A stretch of 64,000 nucleotides of DNA, taken from IMG/VR virus record IMGVR_UViG_3300008450_000005, positions 32,001 through 96,000 of that record. The stretch is one strand, 5' to 3'. This stretch comes from a virus. Each line of letters starts with the position of its first letter. Position 1 is the stretch's first letter. Below are positions 19,001-29,896 of this stretch, in pieces. The notes beneath the pieces were generated by a model. It saw only the letters and a program-made list of their open reading frames with translations. It was not told where the DNA came from and searched no databases. Position numbers and translations under genes: made by a program.

Positions 19001-22000
19001 ATGGCTGCTACCCAGAATTCGATAAGTTCTTTAATCGCCCAGTTTCTGAGGCTACAAACAAACGCTCTTGAAATTATTCAAGGTTTAAATCAGGTTGCTA
19101 CCTCGACAAACGAATCTGTAGAAATCCAAATTTTGGATGAAAATGGAACACCTCGAGTAGTTAGCGTACCAGGATTTGGATATCTGCAAAATCAAATCGA
19201 TAGACTCGATAATAACGTTGAAGCTTTGGCCGGTTTAGGCACAAATGCTTCTACTGTTAGAAACGCGGACGGGACGTACGCTCAAATCTATAAAGCCCAG
19301 CCACTGCAGGATCCTCCTGCATTAATTGGTTTGAATGTTCCAAAAACATTCGGAACCAAAAATAACTGGTTTTTTGAGAGCTTTTTAACGCCTCTTCTCT
19401 ACGTTCAAATCGATCTTACCAATCAGATATCAGCCTTATCAGAGAATGATAGATTGATGGTCGAGAATGCAGATCGTATCCTTTGCCGCAGAATCATCGC
19501 TAACACATTAACAGACACAGAAAGAACTTTCTTCGACAGTAATCTCAAAGGTAGGAACGATCTTACCTATACAGAATTTGTCACGGAATTGACCAACGCT
19601 GGTATCAACTATTTTGTTGACGAGGACATTTTACAACTTCCTTTGAGAACACTAGCTAATGTTGGAAATTTCAGTGTTTTAGGTGTTTATGATGATGTTG
19701 TAACTGTATATGATGCATCCGGAACAGCCAGACAGGAGACTAGAAGAAACTATTCCTTAGATACACTTAATTATACTGATGTCACTAGTAATATACAAGG
19801 AGGAAAAACCCTTGATGTAAACGATCTATTGGCAACAGAAGACGGATCAAGATATAGAATCGTTTCTATCGACAGAAGCCAAGGATCGGTTCAGGTAACA
19901 AGAGTTGCTGGATATCAGCCAATTTCTATTGGTGAGAATTCCTTAAGTTTTGTTTCCCAACAATTTTCTCCCAAGTATATCGACGTCAATGTCGGATACA
20001 ACGAAAGACAGGGTATTTTCTTCAAAACCCTAGACGATAATTTCAATCTGATTGGTTCACAATGGTCAACAGGGGTTACATTCTGGAGCTCAGAATTGAC
20101 CATCACAACTCCATTAGGGGTTCAAAGCCTTGAGACCTATTACAACACACAGGTTGCTGACATTGGTCAGATTTTCTTTGGAATGGCTAAGGAAAGAAAA
20201 GTTTCTGCCATCCAAGGTTTAATCCCGAACACTCCAGTTGTTAATACCACAGACTTCAAAGTTGTCCAGATCAATAAGCAATTAACGGATAACACAAGTA
20301 CCACGCAACTGAATGATCTGCTGGCTCAGAAATCTCAATTAAAAAGCGAAATTTCAGAGCTTGACCAGGCAATCAATAGAGTGAGATCTCAAGTGAATAC
20401 CTTACAGGGTTCGGTTGGCGTTTCTTCGCTTCCAACAAGTGGATTATCTTTGACCAGTCCGGTTTCAACGGTTCAAACGTCAGGTTTATCTTCTTTGGTG
20501 GCTATAACTCAGCCTTCCTTCAACCAGGTATCGGATCCTTCTCAGGTAAATTCTTTACAGTCACAATTAAATAGCTTAACAATTCAAAGGAATCAAAAAT
20601 CTCAACTTTATGATTCCGTTGTTCAGTCTATCAGAACAACGTCTTTGGATGTACCTCAGCTTTCTGAACCACCTAAATATCGTGTAAGAGGTTTTTGGCC
20701 TATTCCCGAGCCAAAGGAAAGTCCAGAAACGGGTCCACAGGCTGTTATTCAATTCCAAATCCGTTACAGGTATAGAAGCCAATCGGGTGCGGTTCAACCA
20801 ACCGAACAAATCGAATACCAAGATTTAAATGGCGAAAGAAAAACAGGAGCTTTTTCTAACTGGGTAGTTATTAAAACTGAGGTTAGAAAAAAGATCTATA
20901 ATATTGAATCGGGAACTTATGTTTGGGCGGATGAAAATCCAGATAATGCAGACGTTGTCAACATCAATCAGCTAGATATTGCTATCACTAAAGGTGAGCA
21001 GTTAGAGATCCAGATCTTATCGATCTCAGAAGCTGGATGGCCAGACAATCCTCTCCTTTCTCCATACTCTAATTCTGTTATTGTTACATTCCCAGAGAAT
21101 TTAACAACTGAATCGCAATTAACTACAGTATTAAACAATAGCACGGATCAAGCATTGGTCATCATGAAGCAGGAATTATCTGCTCAAGGATTGAACTCTC
21201 ACTTGTCCGAGCAATTTGAGACTAATAATAGAACCTTCTATCACACAGCAAACGGAATTGCTTCCGGTTTCTTTGGTAATGATGGAACGGTTATTAATCT
21301 CTACCAAAAATTGGTCGACCTTCAGAATCAGGTTGACGCATTACGTGCACTTGTTAACCAGCAGGTTGGGGAATTGGCAGTGGAGATCATCAGCTCAGAT
21401 CTGCAGATCCCTGCGGGTTCTGTTGCTCCCGGATCGACAGTTTCATTGGAAGTTCAACCATTTTCAAATGTTTACCAGAATCCTTTAACAACAGACGCAG
21501 GAAAGATCAGTACCACTACATTAAGCTTGAAGATTTCGAATGTAGCAGCAAGTCCTCTTGAATTATCTTCTTTGCTGCCAGGTTCTATGAGTGTTAAGGT
21601 TTCTGATTCTATCCCGCCGTTAATTGGTTATGCTCAGAATCTCAGATACGAGGATGTACCTGTAAGCCAAAGATCTTTGGAACCAGCCGATATTATCGGT
21701 CCTACAGGAAGTCCTGACAACATGTCAACCTCACAAGCACCTCCATATGCTTCAGCAAACTTATACAGCCAATGGATGTATCCAAGATACAAATCCGTTG
21801 GAGGTGATAGAACACTCTATGTAATTAATGATGCCGCTTATGCATCAAATTATGATTATGCGGGAGCGGTTCCTGTAAACGGTAACCAGCTAATTCCTCA
21901 TGATCCTACCTTGATCAGTCCAAGTGGATCTTTAAGTGGCGGATCTAACGCTTCTGTTTGGTCAGGCGGATATACAGGTGGCACCGGGGCAAGAACACCT

Positions 22001-22642
22001 ATCGGTAATGGTCCATTATCAGAATTCAGCGTGCATATTAATCATCCTTCACTTAATAACGGGAATGGAACTGCATTCCAGGAATTAGTTAAGCCTAATT
22101 ATGCAAACGGTACTATCGTTTATCCTGCGTTCAGACAATCTCTTTATTTCGAGACCGACGTAAATCAGAATGATTACTACAAACAGCTAGGTTACAGACA
22201 GGTTAATACTCCTTTTGTTACCGGTCCTTCTGGTTCTAATAGAACAGATTCGATGTATCCGATGAAATTGGGATTTGAACAGAATGACGAGTTCTTAATA
22301 GGTAAATACTCTTGTGGTTCTTATCTGTTCTTAGCACCAGCTACTAATTCGTCGATCCAAGTTCCTGGAACAACTTCTTTATCTACAACAATTATTGGGA
22401 CTGGAATTTCCAATTCAATTATCATCCCAGTGATATTCCAATTCAGACCAGTGGACAAGCTTGGTTACATAGGAGGATTTAGATTAAATGGTAATTTAAC
22501 TAATATTACTTATTCAAAAACTATCGGAATTGATATCAAACCCAGATATTCTGACGTTTTCTCTTTCGATGTAAAAGTAACAGGAAGATTCAAGACCGAT
22601 GATTTACGCTCTCCATTAACAAATGTCTCACCGAGTCTATAA
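19001..22642 (+). CDS. Large structural protein with coiled coils
   Basis: 1213 aa; heptad segments and beta-rich domains; translationally coupled within the structural operon. Confidence 0.55.
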   Translation: MAATQNSISSLIAQFLRLQTNALEIIQGLNQVATSTNESVEIQILDENGTPRVVSVPGFGYLQNQIDRLDNNVEALAGLGTNASTVRNADGTYAQIYKAQPLQDPPALIGLNVPKTFGTKNNWFFESFLTPLLYVQIDLTNQISALSENDRLMVENADRILCRRIIANTLTDTERTFFDSNLKGRNDLTYTEFVTELTNAGINYFVDEDILQLPLRTLANVGNFSVLGVYDDVVTVYDASGTARQETRRNYSLDTLNYTDVTSNIQGGKTLDVNDLLATEDGSRYRIVSIDRSQGSVQVTRVAGYQPISIGENSLSFVSQQFSPKYIDVNVGYNERQGIFFKTLDDNFNLIGSQWSTGVTFWSSELTITTPLGVQSLETYYNTQVADIGQIFFGMAKERKVSAIQGLIPNTPVVNTTDFKVVQINKQLTDNTSTTQLNDLLAQKSQLKSEISELDQAINRVRSQVNTLQGSVGVSSLPTSGLSLTSPVSTVQTSGLSSLVAITQPSFNQVSDPSQVNSLQSQLNSLTIQRNQKSQLYDSVVQSIRTTSLDVPQLSEPPKYRVRGFWPIPEPKESPETGPQAVIQFQIRYRYRSQSGAVQPTEQIEYQDLNGERKTGAFSNWVVIKTEVRKKIYNIESGTYVWADENPDNADVVNINQLDIAITKGEQLEIQILSISEAGWPDNPLLSPYSNSVIVTFPENLTTESQLTTVLNNSTDQALVIMKQELSAQGLNSHLSEQFETNNRTFYHTANGIASGFFGNDGTVINLYQKLVDLQNQVDALRALVNQQVGELAVEIISSDLQIPAGSVAPGSTVSLEVQPFSNVYQNPLTTDAGKISTTTLSLKISNVAASPLELSSLLPGSMSVKVSDSIPPLIGYAQNLRYEDVPVSQRSLEPADIIGPTGSPDNMSTSQAPPYASANLYSQWMYPRYKSVGGDRTLYVINDAAYASNYDYAGAVPVNGNQLIPHDPTLISPSGSLSGGSNASVWSGGYTGGTGARTPIGNGPLSEFSVHINHPSLNNGNGTAFQELVKPNYANGTIVYPAFRQSLYFETDVNQNDYYKQLGYRQVNTPFVTGPSGSNRTDSMYPMKLGFEQNDEFLIGKYSCGSYLFLAPATNSSIQVPGTTSLSTTIIGTGISNSIIIPVIFQFRPVDKLGYIGGFRLNGNLTNITYSKTIGIDIKPRYSDVFSFDVKVTGRFKTDDLRSPLTNVSPSL

Positions 22643-22660
22643 AACGTTATATAGAGCATA

Positions 22661-25600
22661 ATGGCAGGAGAAAAATTATACGATAGTAATACTTCGTTTC
22701 AAATTCTTAGAACGAATCCTAAACTAACTGGGAATTTCCGCATCGCGGTGGATTCCCAGAATAAAGTTTGGCTGAATTCTTTGGATGTAAACACCACGCT
22801 ATCAAATAATAGGTACAAAAAATTTGAGGTTACAGGTCAGCAATCTTATGCTACTGATGTCTTCAATTTTTTTCAAAGAGGATCAACCCCTAACGAGGTT
22901 ATCTTCGAGTCTGCCAGTCTAACAGACGGAAACCTACAGTCGAGCACCACCTTCAACGATCAGTATGATTTTTTCTACGCGTCTGGTGCTTCAACTCTGG
23001 TTGATAAAAACTATCCGGAAAATTTCAGATACTTTGCTCCTTTATGGATTAAAGATGTTATTCCTGATTACTTTGTTATATTCAAAGTTCCAAACCCACT
23101 TTCTTTTCCTTACACAACAAACGTAACAAGTATTGTTGCTGGGAAAACATATAAAGTGATCCAAAACCCTACTTCTTCTGATGTATTTTCTGTTAGCTAT
23201 GGAATCGATTTATCTGGTAATCCAGTAACTTACACAGCGGGACAGTTTATCACCGGTGTAGATTCTTATTCAACTTATACAATCATTTCTGGACAGGGTA
23301 ACGTTGCGCTTTTTGACGAGCTTGCATTTTATCCTGAGGTTAGCGATGTTTCTGCGTATTTCGAAGATCAGATACTTCCTAATTGTCAGAGTATTGCTAC
23401 TTTTGATCTTAGAGAGGGAACAACAATCGGAAATTATATCCGTAATCTGTACCGAGACCAGAATTATAACCAATCTCCGGTTACTTTCGGAATGGGCAAT
23501 GCCTACACGTATTGGAATGGTGTAAACCTGACCTCCGGAGTGCTAGGACAAAAAGGAGAAATCCTTGATTCTTATTTTAGAAGCACGAGTTCGATCCCTA
23601 TGATCGACTTCGAAGCCACAATGACTGGAGGATTTGAAAGAAATGGGATAGTTTGTGCCAATCTTTTGAATCTAGAATTCTATTTTGATGACGACGATTC
23701 TGATCTTTACACGATCAATCGTTACTTCGGAGCATACGTTTCTAGAAATGATACAGGATCTTTTAAATTAAATGGTGATTTCTTCTGGGATTACAAAGAT
23801 GAACCCGGAAATTTAAATCTACCCAAACCCACCAGAGACAATTTAGGATATTACTATAACAATGTTAGTGCTTTCCAGAGTTCAACCGGCGGTGTTCGTC
23901 TCTATTACGAGGGAGCAACCGGATGGATTCCTGGTGCATTGGACATTAACCAGAATAATCCAGATAAGCTTTTCTATATTACTGATAAGCTGGATAGATT
24001 ATATTCTTTGAAAAGAACACCGGAAGCTTCCATTCCAGATTATGCTGAATTCGGACCTTGGCTGGGCATAACAGGAGGATTTGGTACCACAGGTTTTGTT
24101 GGTGCGACTTCTGGAAGTCTAGTTATTGGTGATCAGCAAGTAAATCTATTGGACTTCACCGGTCCAGACGATAAGTTAGGATCATTCAACGGATCTACCC
24201 CTGTTGATGCAGGATGCTCTTATATCTCAATCACATTTAAGAATGAGATACCAGTTAGCAAAAAAATAGTTTTTAGAATTGCTTGGCCGGAAGGAAGCAG
24301 AGGAACGCTTCAAGAAAAATTCGATCTCGTAGAGAATGGGGATTTTTCCGGATCGCAAATACGCTGGATCCCTGGTGATTCTTATGCCGTTGGTAATGAT
24401 TATTACTTCAATGGTTTAATTGGCCAAGGTGGAACCGGTGATATTGCTAAAAGTTTTTCCGGAGCAGCTGGAGAGATTACTTCGATTGGCTGGATTTCAG
24501 CACCATCTGGGACTGATTCAGTTATTCGCTTAGTCGTACCTGGAAGTTACGGAAACAAAACTTACAGAGTTTCTGTCCACGACGATTATCAAATTTTTGC
24601 TACAAGCTATGTGGGCGATTGGAATACAACCTCATTTTATCCCACCGGCGTAATTGTTTTATATGGAGGAGAGTATTGGCAATCGATCGCCTCTGTTCCC
24701 TCTACTATCACGGGAAATCTTACCCCCGATAGTGATCCAGTTTTTTGGCAAAAATACTATTCATTAAGTGATACGTCACTTTCTGATACAATCTTTTTGG
24801 ATGGTAAGGACGCTACTTCAATTTCAGGTCCTGTCCATTTTAGAGGAGGAACTGATTCTAACCAGATTAGAGTAGTTTTTGGCAAGGAGAATGATCTTTC
24901 CGTTGTAAAAGGTAATTGGATCGAAACCACCACAGGATTCTCAATAATCAAGCAGGTTGACAAATACGTTGACTCACCTTCATTCACGAACGGATTTCCT
25001 AGCGGATGGAATGGATACAATAGTTTATCTGTAGCGGTTTTGGCTGATCAAAATGCCATCGTGAGTTTCGGTACCAATAGGCAATTCAACGCCTTTAAGA
25101 TGACCGAACTTTCAACAGGTGTATTTACATTTTTTGACGTTAGAGATCTTGATTTCGATTTCTATTCATCTGTTTATGCAACGACTCCAACACCGGAATT
25201 CTATAGATATTTCCAGCTTATTTCTAATCAGGCAGGAAACATCATTAATGGCGTAAAATATCTGGTTCAGACTGGTTCTATCACTTACAATGGAACGGTT
25301 TATACACCTGGTAAAATATTCATAGGAACCAGCTCTGCAAATCTTTTCATAGATAACATTCAGAGCGGACCAAAATCAATTGTTGTACCGGCGGAATTTA
25401 CTAAGCTTGTTTATAGTGATTCTTCGGCAACGTATAACGTTCCAGTTGATGCTGAGAACAATATTGGGAAATTCCAAGGATTTATCGGGATTGAATCAAT
25501 TTCTACCATAAATCGTGATCCCAATCTTACACCAAAAGAATATCAATTCGAAGGGAATAAACTCACGAATGAGTATGATTATCTCGAAGAGAACTATACG

Positions 25601-28132
25601 ACCGGCAGAGCCAATTTTTCTCGTATCGTTCCGATCGTAAATAAATGGGTTTATACAGGCGGTACGGATGCACGTGGAAACATGTACAGACTAAATCTGA
25701 CACCTGCTTTCTCCACTACAAACTTTTCACCTAGTTTAGAGAAAGAAACACCAGATCCTAACTATTTAACCCACGAATGGTTTGTTTTAGAGGGATTACC
25801 ACAGCAATACCCTCCTTCAGCTCTAGAAAATCAAAATAGCTATCTACCATATAAAGTAGATCTAGATACTTTGAGAAGCGCTGATCCTACTAATTCTCTG
25901 TATTTCAGCGATACCTTCACAGTCGAGGGAACAGACTATCTAGGGGCTTATTCGAATTCGACTTTACCAACGAAAGAATTTTTCACTCCTCTATATTTCA
26001 ATAAATCCAATGGTTTTTATGAAACACTATTCAGAGGGGTAAAGATCCAATTCAGAAAAAGATCAACCTTAACCAACCCGACTAACGATCTTGATCGGTA
26101 TGTTCCTAATTATCGTGGATACGAAGGATATAAATTTTCAGCTATCTTACGGATAGTAGAAGAGGATAGCACCTCAATCCAAAGTCCGGTACAGTATGAG
26201 GTAATCGAAAATGCAACCCAGCAATTTGTTCTTCTGGTTTGCTACGTTACGATTAATGACTACCGTGCTAATGTATTAGGACACACCGGTGCAACCGGTT
26301 TTTCACCGTATCTGGATTACCTCTTGATGTATTCTCTGATAGACAAGAAGAAAAATAGCGGTATAGGTTTAACCGCTAGCACACCTCAAGAACTTTATAA
26401 GATAGGAGACACAAAGCTCAGCGTAGCTCTTGATTTGAGCGTGACGTCTGGAAGCTCAGTTACTTCGTTCACTGATCCGGGTGTTATCTATTCGATTCCG
26501 AACCCAGATTATGATAGTGATTTGAGAGAAGAGATTAATCTTTTCTACCCACAAGGAGCAAATACTCTGATTGGATCAACCGGGGCTGGAAGTTTTTCGG
26601 TTCCTAGCAACACATCAACCTATCCTTGGCCAACCGGAAGATCTATTTCTTTTGTTAATTTTGGACCAATTGATTCTCTCAATTATACTTTTAATATTCC
26701 GTTCTCACCAACCTCACCAGCGACAATCCCTCTCGGATCAAAGCTCACTTATGAGGATAAACCGGTTTTCCAATTATCGGGCGGAGAGAACTACTTTGAT
26801 TTCATTATAAAAAGGATATCCACTGCAGAGATTGCAAAAAGGTTTAATAACTTAAACCCCTATATCTCATATAATTCGTACTATTGGGATTCAGCCACAT
26901 CTTCTACTTTGGTAGATACCCAATCATTGAACATGAACTTCTTGAAGCCTAGTTATCTTTCAAGAAATACTGGTTTAAGACCGGCTCCATCAGTTCAAGG
27001 ACCATCTACCCTGGGTGTTTCTACGATTACAACTTACGACATTGTTGATGGTGGAATACAATATGCTTCTGACCTAGCTCGTTATAATGGTGGGTATGAG
27101 CCTTTAACTCGCAAAAGCATTCTATTCAAAAACGATAAGACTGATACTATTGTTGGATACACCGCTATAGATCTTTCTTTCAGAAATTGTACTTTCGCTC
27201 CTAACCAGAAGGGATTTGGACTAATCAAGAATTTGTGTTATACCAAGGTGAGCACGAATAAGGGATTGCTGGACAAGGCCGCTAATCTCCCTCAGGGACC
27301 TGTTTATCCATTGGTTGGTTTAACCCCAGTGGCTAAAAAGGATTTCTCGATCTTCCAATCCAATTGGGAATCTGGCTATTATAATTTATTCAGCGACGTT
27401 TTTTCTGAAACACCAGTTGCTGGAACCAGGTCTATGAAAGAATATAACTCTTTCTTTGGCTCGAAGATGATGAGAACCCCTGATAATATTTTGGCTTCTA
27501 CATTCATCACATTGCCAGTTTCACGTTTGAGCGGTAATAGTAATGTTGATGAAATAAATCTCGCTGCAGCAGCTGCAGTTACCCAGATCCAAAATATGCC
27601 TATCACATCCAGCGGGACTGGAATAGGACAATTGGACACTGCTTTTGTTTCAGTAGATCTTCAGGTTCTTGATCTGAACATATATCCTGATGTTGAAGTA
27701 TTCTATCAGCTTCTTGATTCGAACCAATTATTCGGTATTATCAGATTAGATAGAATTCTAAGAAGATTCTTGTTGAATGCTGGAGTAAAGAATGTTTTCC
27801 AGCAGAATATGATATCTGAATTTGGTGTGGGCAATCCAAACAGCATTGAAGATGATATCAGAGAATATATCGCATTGAACGTAATTCCGATCTTCACTGC
27901 ACAATCATTTAACCTCTATGTCAAGCAGGTTTCCGATCCATCCACAGATAATGGCGGTCTGCGTTACGTAGTAGGTGATATTTTAGGTAAGGATAGATAC
28001 AAGGAAGGCTATAAACCGGAGGATGGTTTAAGCCTGGTTAAAATAAGTGAATTGGTTTACACGTTCACTTATGATGTACCAGCAACCTCTAATTGGTCTC
28101 TAAACTTCAGTTTTGGAATACAAAAAATTTAA
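22661..28132 (+). CDS. Very large virion structural protein
   Basis: 1823 aa and beta-rich; includes a W.....Y..G.IV.Y.G..W CBM5/12-like motif. Confidence 0.55.
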   Translation: MAGEKLYDSNTSFQILRTNPKLTGNFRIAVDSQNKVWLNSLDVNTTLSNNRYKKFEVTGQQSYATDVFNFFQRGSTPNEVIFESASLTDGNLQSSTTFNDQYDFFYASGASTLVDKNYPENFRYFAPLWIKDVIPDYFVIFKVPNPLSFPYTTNVTSIVAGKTYKVIQNPTSSDVFSVSYGIDLSGNPVTYTAGQFITGVDSYSTYTIISGQGNVALFDELAFYPEVSDVSAYFEDQILPNCQSIATFDLREGTTIGNYIRNLYRDQNYNQSPVTFGMGNAYTYWNGVNLTSGVLGQKGEILDSYFRSTSSIPMIDFEATMTGGFERNGIVCANLLNLEFYFDDDDSDLYTINRYFGAYVSRNDTGSFKLNGDFFWDYKDEPGNLNLPKPTRDNLGYYYNNVSAFQSSTGGVRLYYEGATGWIPGALDINQNNPDKLFYITDKLDRLYSLKRTPEASIPDYAEFGPWLGITGGFGTTGFVGATSGSLVIGDQQVNLLDFTGPDDKLGSFNGSTPVDAGCSYISITFKNEIPVSKKIVFRIAWPEGSRGTLQEKFDLVENGDFSGSQIRWIPGDSYAVGNDYYFNGLIGQGGTGDIAKSFSGAAGEITSIGWISAPSGTDSVIRLVVPGSYGNKTYRVSVHDDYQIFATSYVGDWNTTSFYPTGVIVLYGGEYWQSIASVPSTITGNLTPDSDPVFWQKYYSLSDTSLSDTIFLDGKDATSISGPVHFRGGTDSNQIRVVFGKENDLSVVKGNWIETTTGFSIIKQVDKYVDSPSFTNGFPSGWNGYNSLSVAVLADQNAIVSFGTNRQFNAFKMTELSTGVFTFFDVRDLDFDFYSSVYATTPTPEFYRYFQLISNQAGNIINGVKYLVQTGSITYNGTVYTPGKIFIGTSSANLFIDNIQSGPKSIVVPAEFTKLVYSDSSATYNVPVDAENNIGKFQGFIGIESISTINRDPNLTPKEYQFEGNKLTNEYDYLEENYTTGRANFSRIVPIVNKWVYTGGTDARGNMYRLNLTPAFSTTNFSPSLEKETPDPNYLTHEWFVLEGLPQQYPPSALENQNSYLPYKVDLDTLRSADPTNSLYFSDTFTVEGTDYLGAYSNSTLPTKEFFTPLYFNKSNGFYETLFRGVKIQFRKRSTLTNPTNDLDRYVPNYRGYEGYKFSAILRIVEEDSTSIQSPVQYEVIENATQQFVLLVCYVTINDYRANVLGHTGATGFSPYLDYLLMYSLIDKKKNSGIGLTASTPQELYKIGDTKLSVALDLSVTSGSSVTSFTDPGVIYSIPNPDYDSDLREEINLFYPQGANTLIGSTGAGSFSVPSNTSTYPWPTGRSISFVNFGPIDSLNYTFNIPFSPTSPATIPLGSKLTYEDKPVFQLSGGENYFDFIIKRISTAEIAKRFNNLNPYISYNSYYWDSATSSTLVDTQSLNMNFLKPSYLSRNTGLRPAPSVQGPSTLGVSTITTYDIVDGGIQYASDLARYNGGYEPLTRKSILFKNDKTDTIVGYTAIDLSFRNCTFAPNQKGFGLIKNLCYTKVSTNKGLLDKAANLPQGPVYPLVGLTPVAKKDFSIFQSNWESGYYNLFSDVFSETPVAGTRSMKEYNSFFGSKMMRTPDNILASTFITLPVSRLSGNSNVDEINLAAAAAVTQIQNMPITSSGTGIGQLDTAFVSVDLQVLDLNIYPDVEVFYQLLDSNQLFGIIRLDRILRRFLLNAGVKNVFQQNMISEFGVGNPNSIEDDIREYIALNVIPIFTAQSFNLYVKQVSDPSTDNGGLRYVVGDILGKDRYKEGYKPEDGLSLVKISELVYTFTYDVPATSNWSLNFSFGIQKI

Positions 28133-28135
28133 CAG

Positions 28136-29662
28136 ATGGCTGAACCAAGTATACTATCATTTAATTATTCCGACGATCAGTTAGAGATTGTAAGAAAATT
28201 AAATTACAATTTCGAGCAGATCTCCGCCGCAGATGGTGGGGTTCAAGGACCAATCGGCCCAACTGGTGCTACTGGATTAATAGGACAGATCGGTCCAATT
28301 GGTCCAACCGGTAATACCGGTCCGAGAGGAAGTAGATGGTTTGTAGGCGGGATTGAAGCACCGACTGGAGGATATGGAGATGTAACGGTTGAAGGAGACT
28401 ACTGGATCGATACCGATGCTATAGAAAAAACTCTTTATGTTTTTGGTCCATCGGGATGGCTTGATACAGGCTATGACTTGATACCCGAGGACGAGTTTAA
28501 GTTTATCCCTGATCTAATTACAGCCACTGGTGCAACTTCTAATTTTTTGGCAATTGTCCAGAACACTCTTTTACCATCGTCAAACACATTCGTTTTAAGC
28601 GACGGTAATCCATCTATTGAATTAACCAATCCCGATTATACAAATTTCCTGATCACGACAGACCCTGGGGTTAATCAGTATCCGATCATGGAGTTCTCTC
28701 GCAGCGATGCGACTATAATTGGAGCTTCAGGTTATTTCAAAAGACCAATTTGGAGATGGACTGGCGGGGATAATGACTATAACTTGGCTTTCGCTGTCCC
28801 TAGCGATAGGCTAACTATTTTGACCAAGTCGGGAATAACCGGAACCGTCACAAATAAGGCAAATTTCCAGGCGGATGATTCACTCTTTTTGACCAGCAAA
28901 TCAACAATAGATTTCACTTCAGGAGGTCCTTCATTCTTCAATACTCCCGGATCTTTGGGTATTACAGCATCAAATTTATCACTAAATAGTACAAGGCTGG
29001 AAACTGATGTTGATTTGAAAATCCAGACTATACCTGGTAAATCTCCATCAAATGATCCAGTTTTCGGTAATTACTCTCTCTGGATAGACAACCCTTCAGG
29101 GACATCCTTATTCTTGGGAGCAACCGGTATTGCCACAGGTGGCAATCATTTAATGGTTGCAAAGAAGGATCAAACCAATTTACTCGAAGTTAGAAGCGAT
29201 GGAGTATTTTACGCTAAGAAAAGAACCACATACAATAAAAGGCCGGTTTTCAATTCTTCAAATTCTATCTCAATAGATTATGGAAGTGGATTGATAATCT
29301 CCTGGTATTTCATAACTGCATCTAGCCTGTCCTACAATAATACATTCCTTATTGATGTAAATCCGGCCAACGATATCGGTGTGGCCGTTAACGTAAGATC
29401 TGGAGACGGTGATAACGTTATGAACTTGCTAGAAAAATACCAGTCCATGAAAATAAACGTTCTAACTAGCACGAACGATCCGATGAAAAAAATCAAATAT
29501 CTAGGATATTACACTGGTTCTCCACCATTGGTAGGCCAATATATAAAATTTGGCTCAGGATTGAACCAGGCTGAATTGGAAGTTCTCAGAGGAGACGGTA
29601 TCACAGCAACTAGCAGTAGAATTCTTTATTCATCGAATCAGGGGTCGGGTAGATTGCTTTAA
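28136..29662 (+). CDS. Collagen-like tail fibre, paralogue A
   Basis: KLNYNF, then 11 Gly-X-Y triplets, GSRW and GDYWI. Confidence 0.7.
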   Translation: MAEPSILSFNYSDDQLEIVRKLNYNFEQISAADGGVQGPIGPTGATGLIGQIGPIGPTGNTGPRGSRWFVGGIEAPTGGYGDVTVEGDYWIDTDAIEKTLYVFGPSGWLDTGYDLIPEDEFKFIPDLITATGATSNFLAIVQNTLLPSSNTFVLSDGNPSIELTNPDYTNFLITTDPGVNQYPIMEFSRSDATIIGASGYFKRPIWRWTGGDNDYNLAFAVPSDRLTILTKSGITGTVTNKANFQADDSLFLTSKSTIDFTSGGPSFFNTPGSLGITASNLSLNSTRLETDVDLKIQTIPGKSPSNDPVFGNYSLWIDNPSGTSLFLGATGIATGGNHLMVAKKDQTNLLEVRSDGVFYAKKRTTYNKRPVFNSSNSISIDYGSGLIISWYFITASSLSYNNTFLIDVNPANDIGVAVNVRSGDGDNVMNLLEKYQSMKINVLTSTNDPMKKIKYLGYYTGSPPLVGQYIKFGSGLNQAELEVLRGDGITATSSRILYSSNQGSGRLL

Positions 29663-29673
29663 TAGATAAATTT

Positions 29674-29859
29674 ATGTTGACTTGCGGAAATTCATGCGAC
29701 ATCAAATGGGAAATCTCGGTCTTACATGAGACGAAAGATGGTTTACTAGTTATGACACCAAACGGTGACCTGAACTGGATGAGCCATATAGATTATCAAA
29801 ATTTTTTAAACCAAAGGAAGTTAAGATCCAAATCCGTGCTGGAAGAAGATGATAATTAA
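29674..29859 (+). CDS. Small hypothetical protein
   Basis: 61-aa ATG ORF filling the gap between fibre genes. Confidence 0.5.
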   Translation: MLTCGNSCDIKWEISVLHETKDGLLVMTPNGDLNWMSHIDYQNFLNQRKLRSKSVLEEDDN

Positions 29860-29883
29860 TAATAGGGCCGTTTAGAGATTATC

Positions 29884-29891
29884 GATATATA
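29884..29891 (+). promoter_or_regulatory. GATATATA putative late promoter
   Basis: 5 nt upstream of the ATG at 29897. Confidence 0.7.
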
Positions 29892-29896
29892 AATAC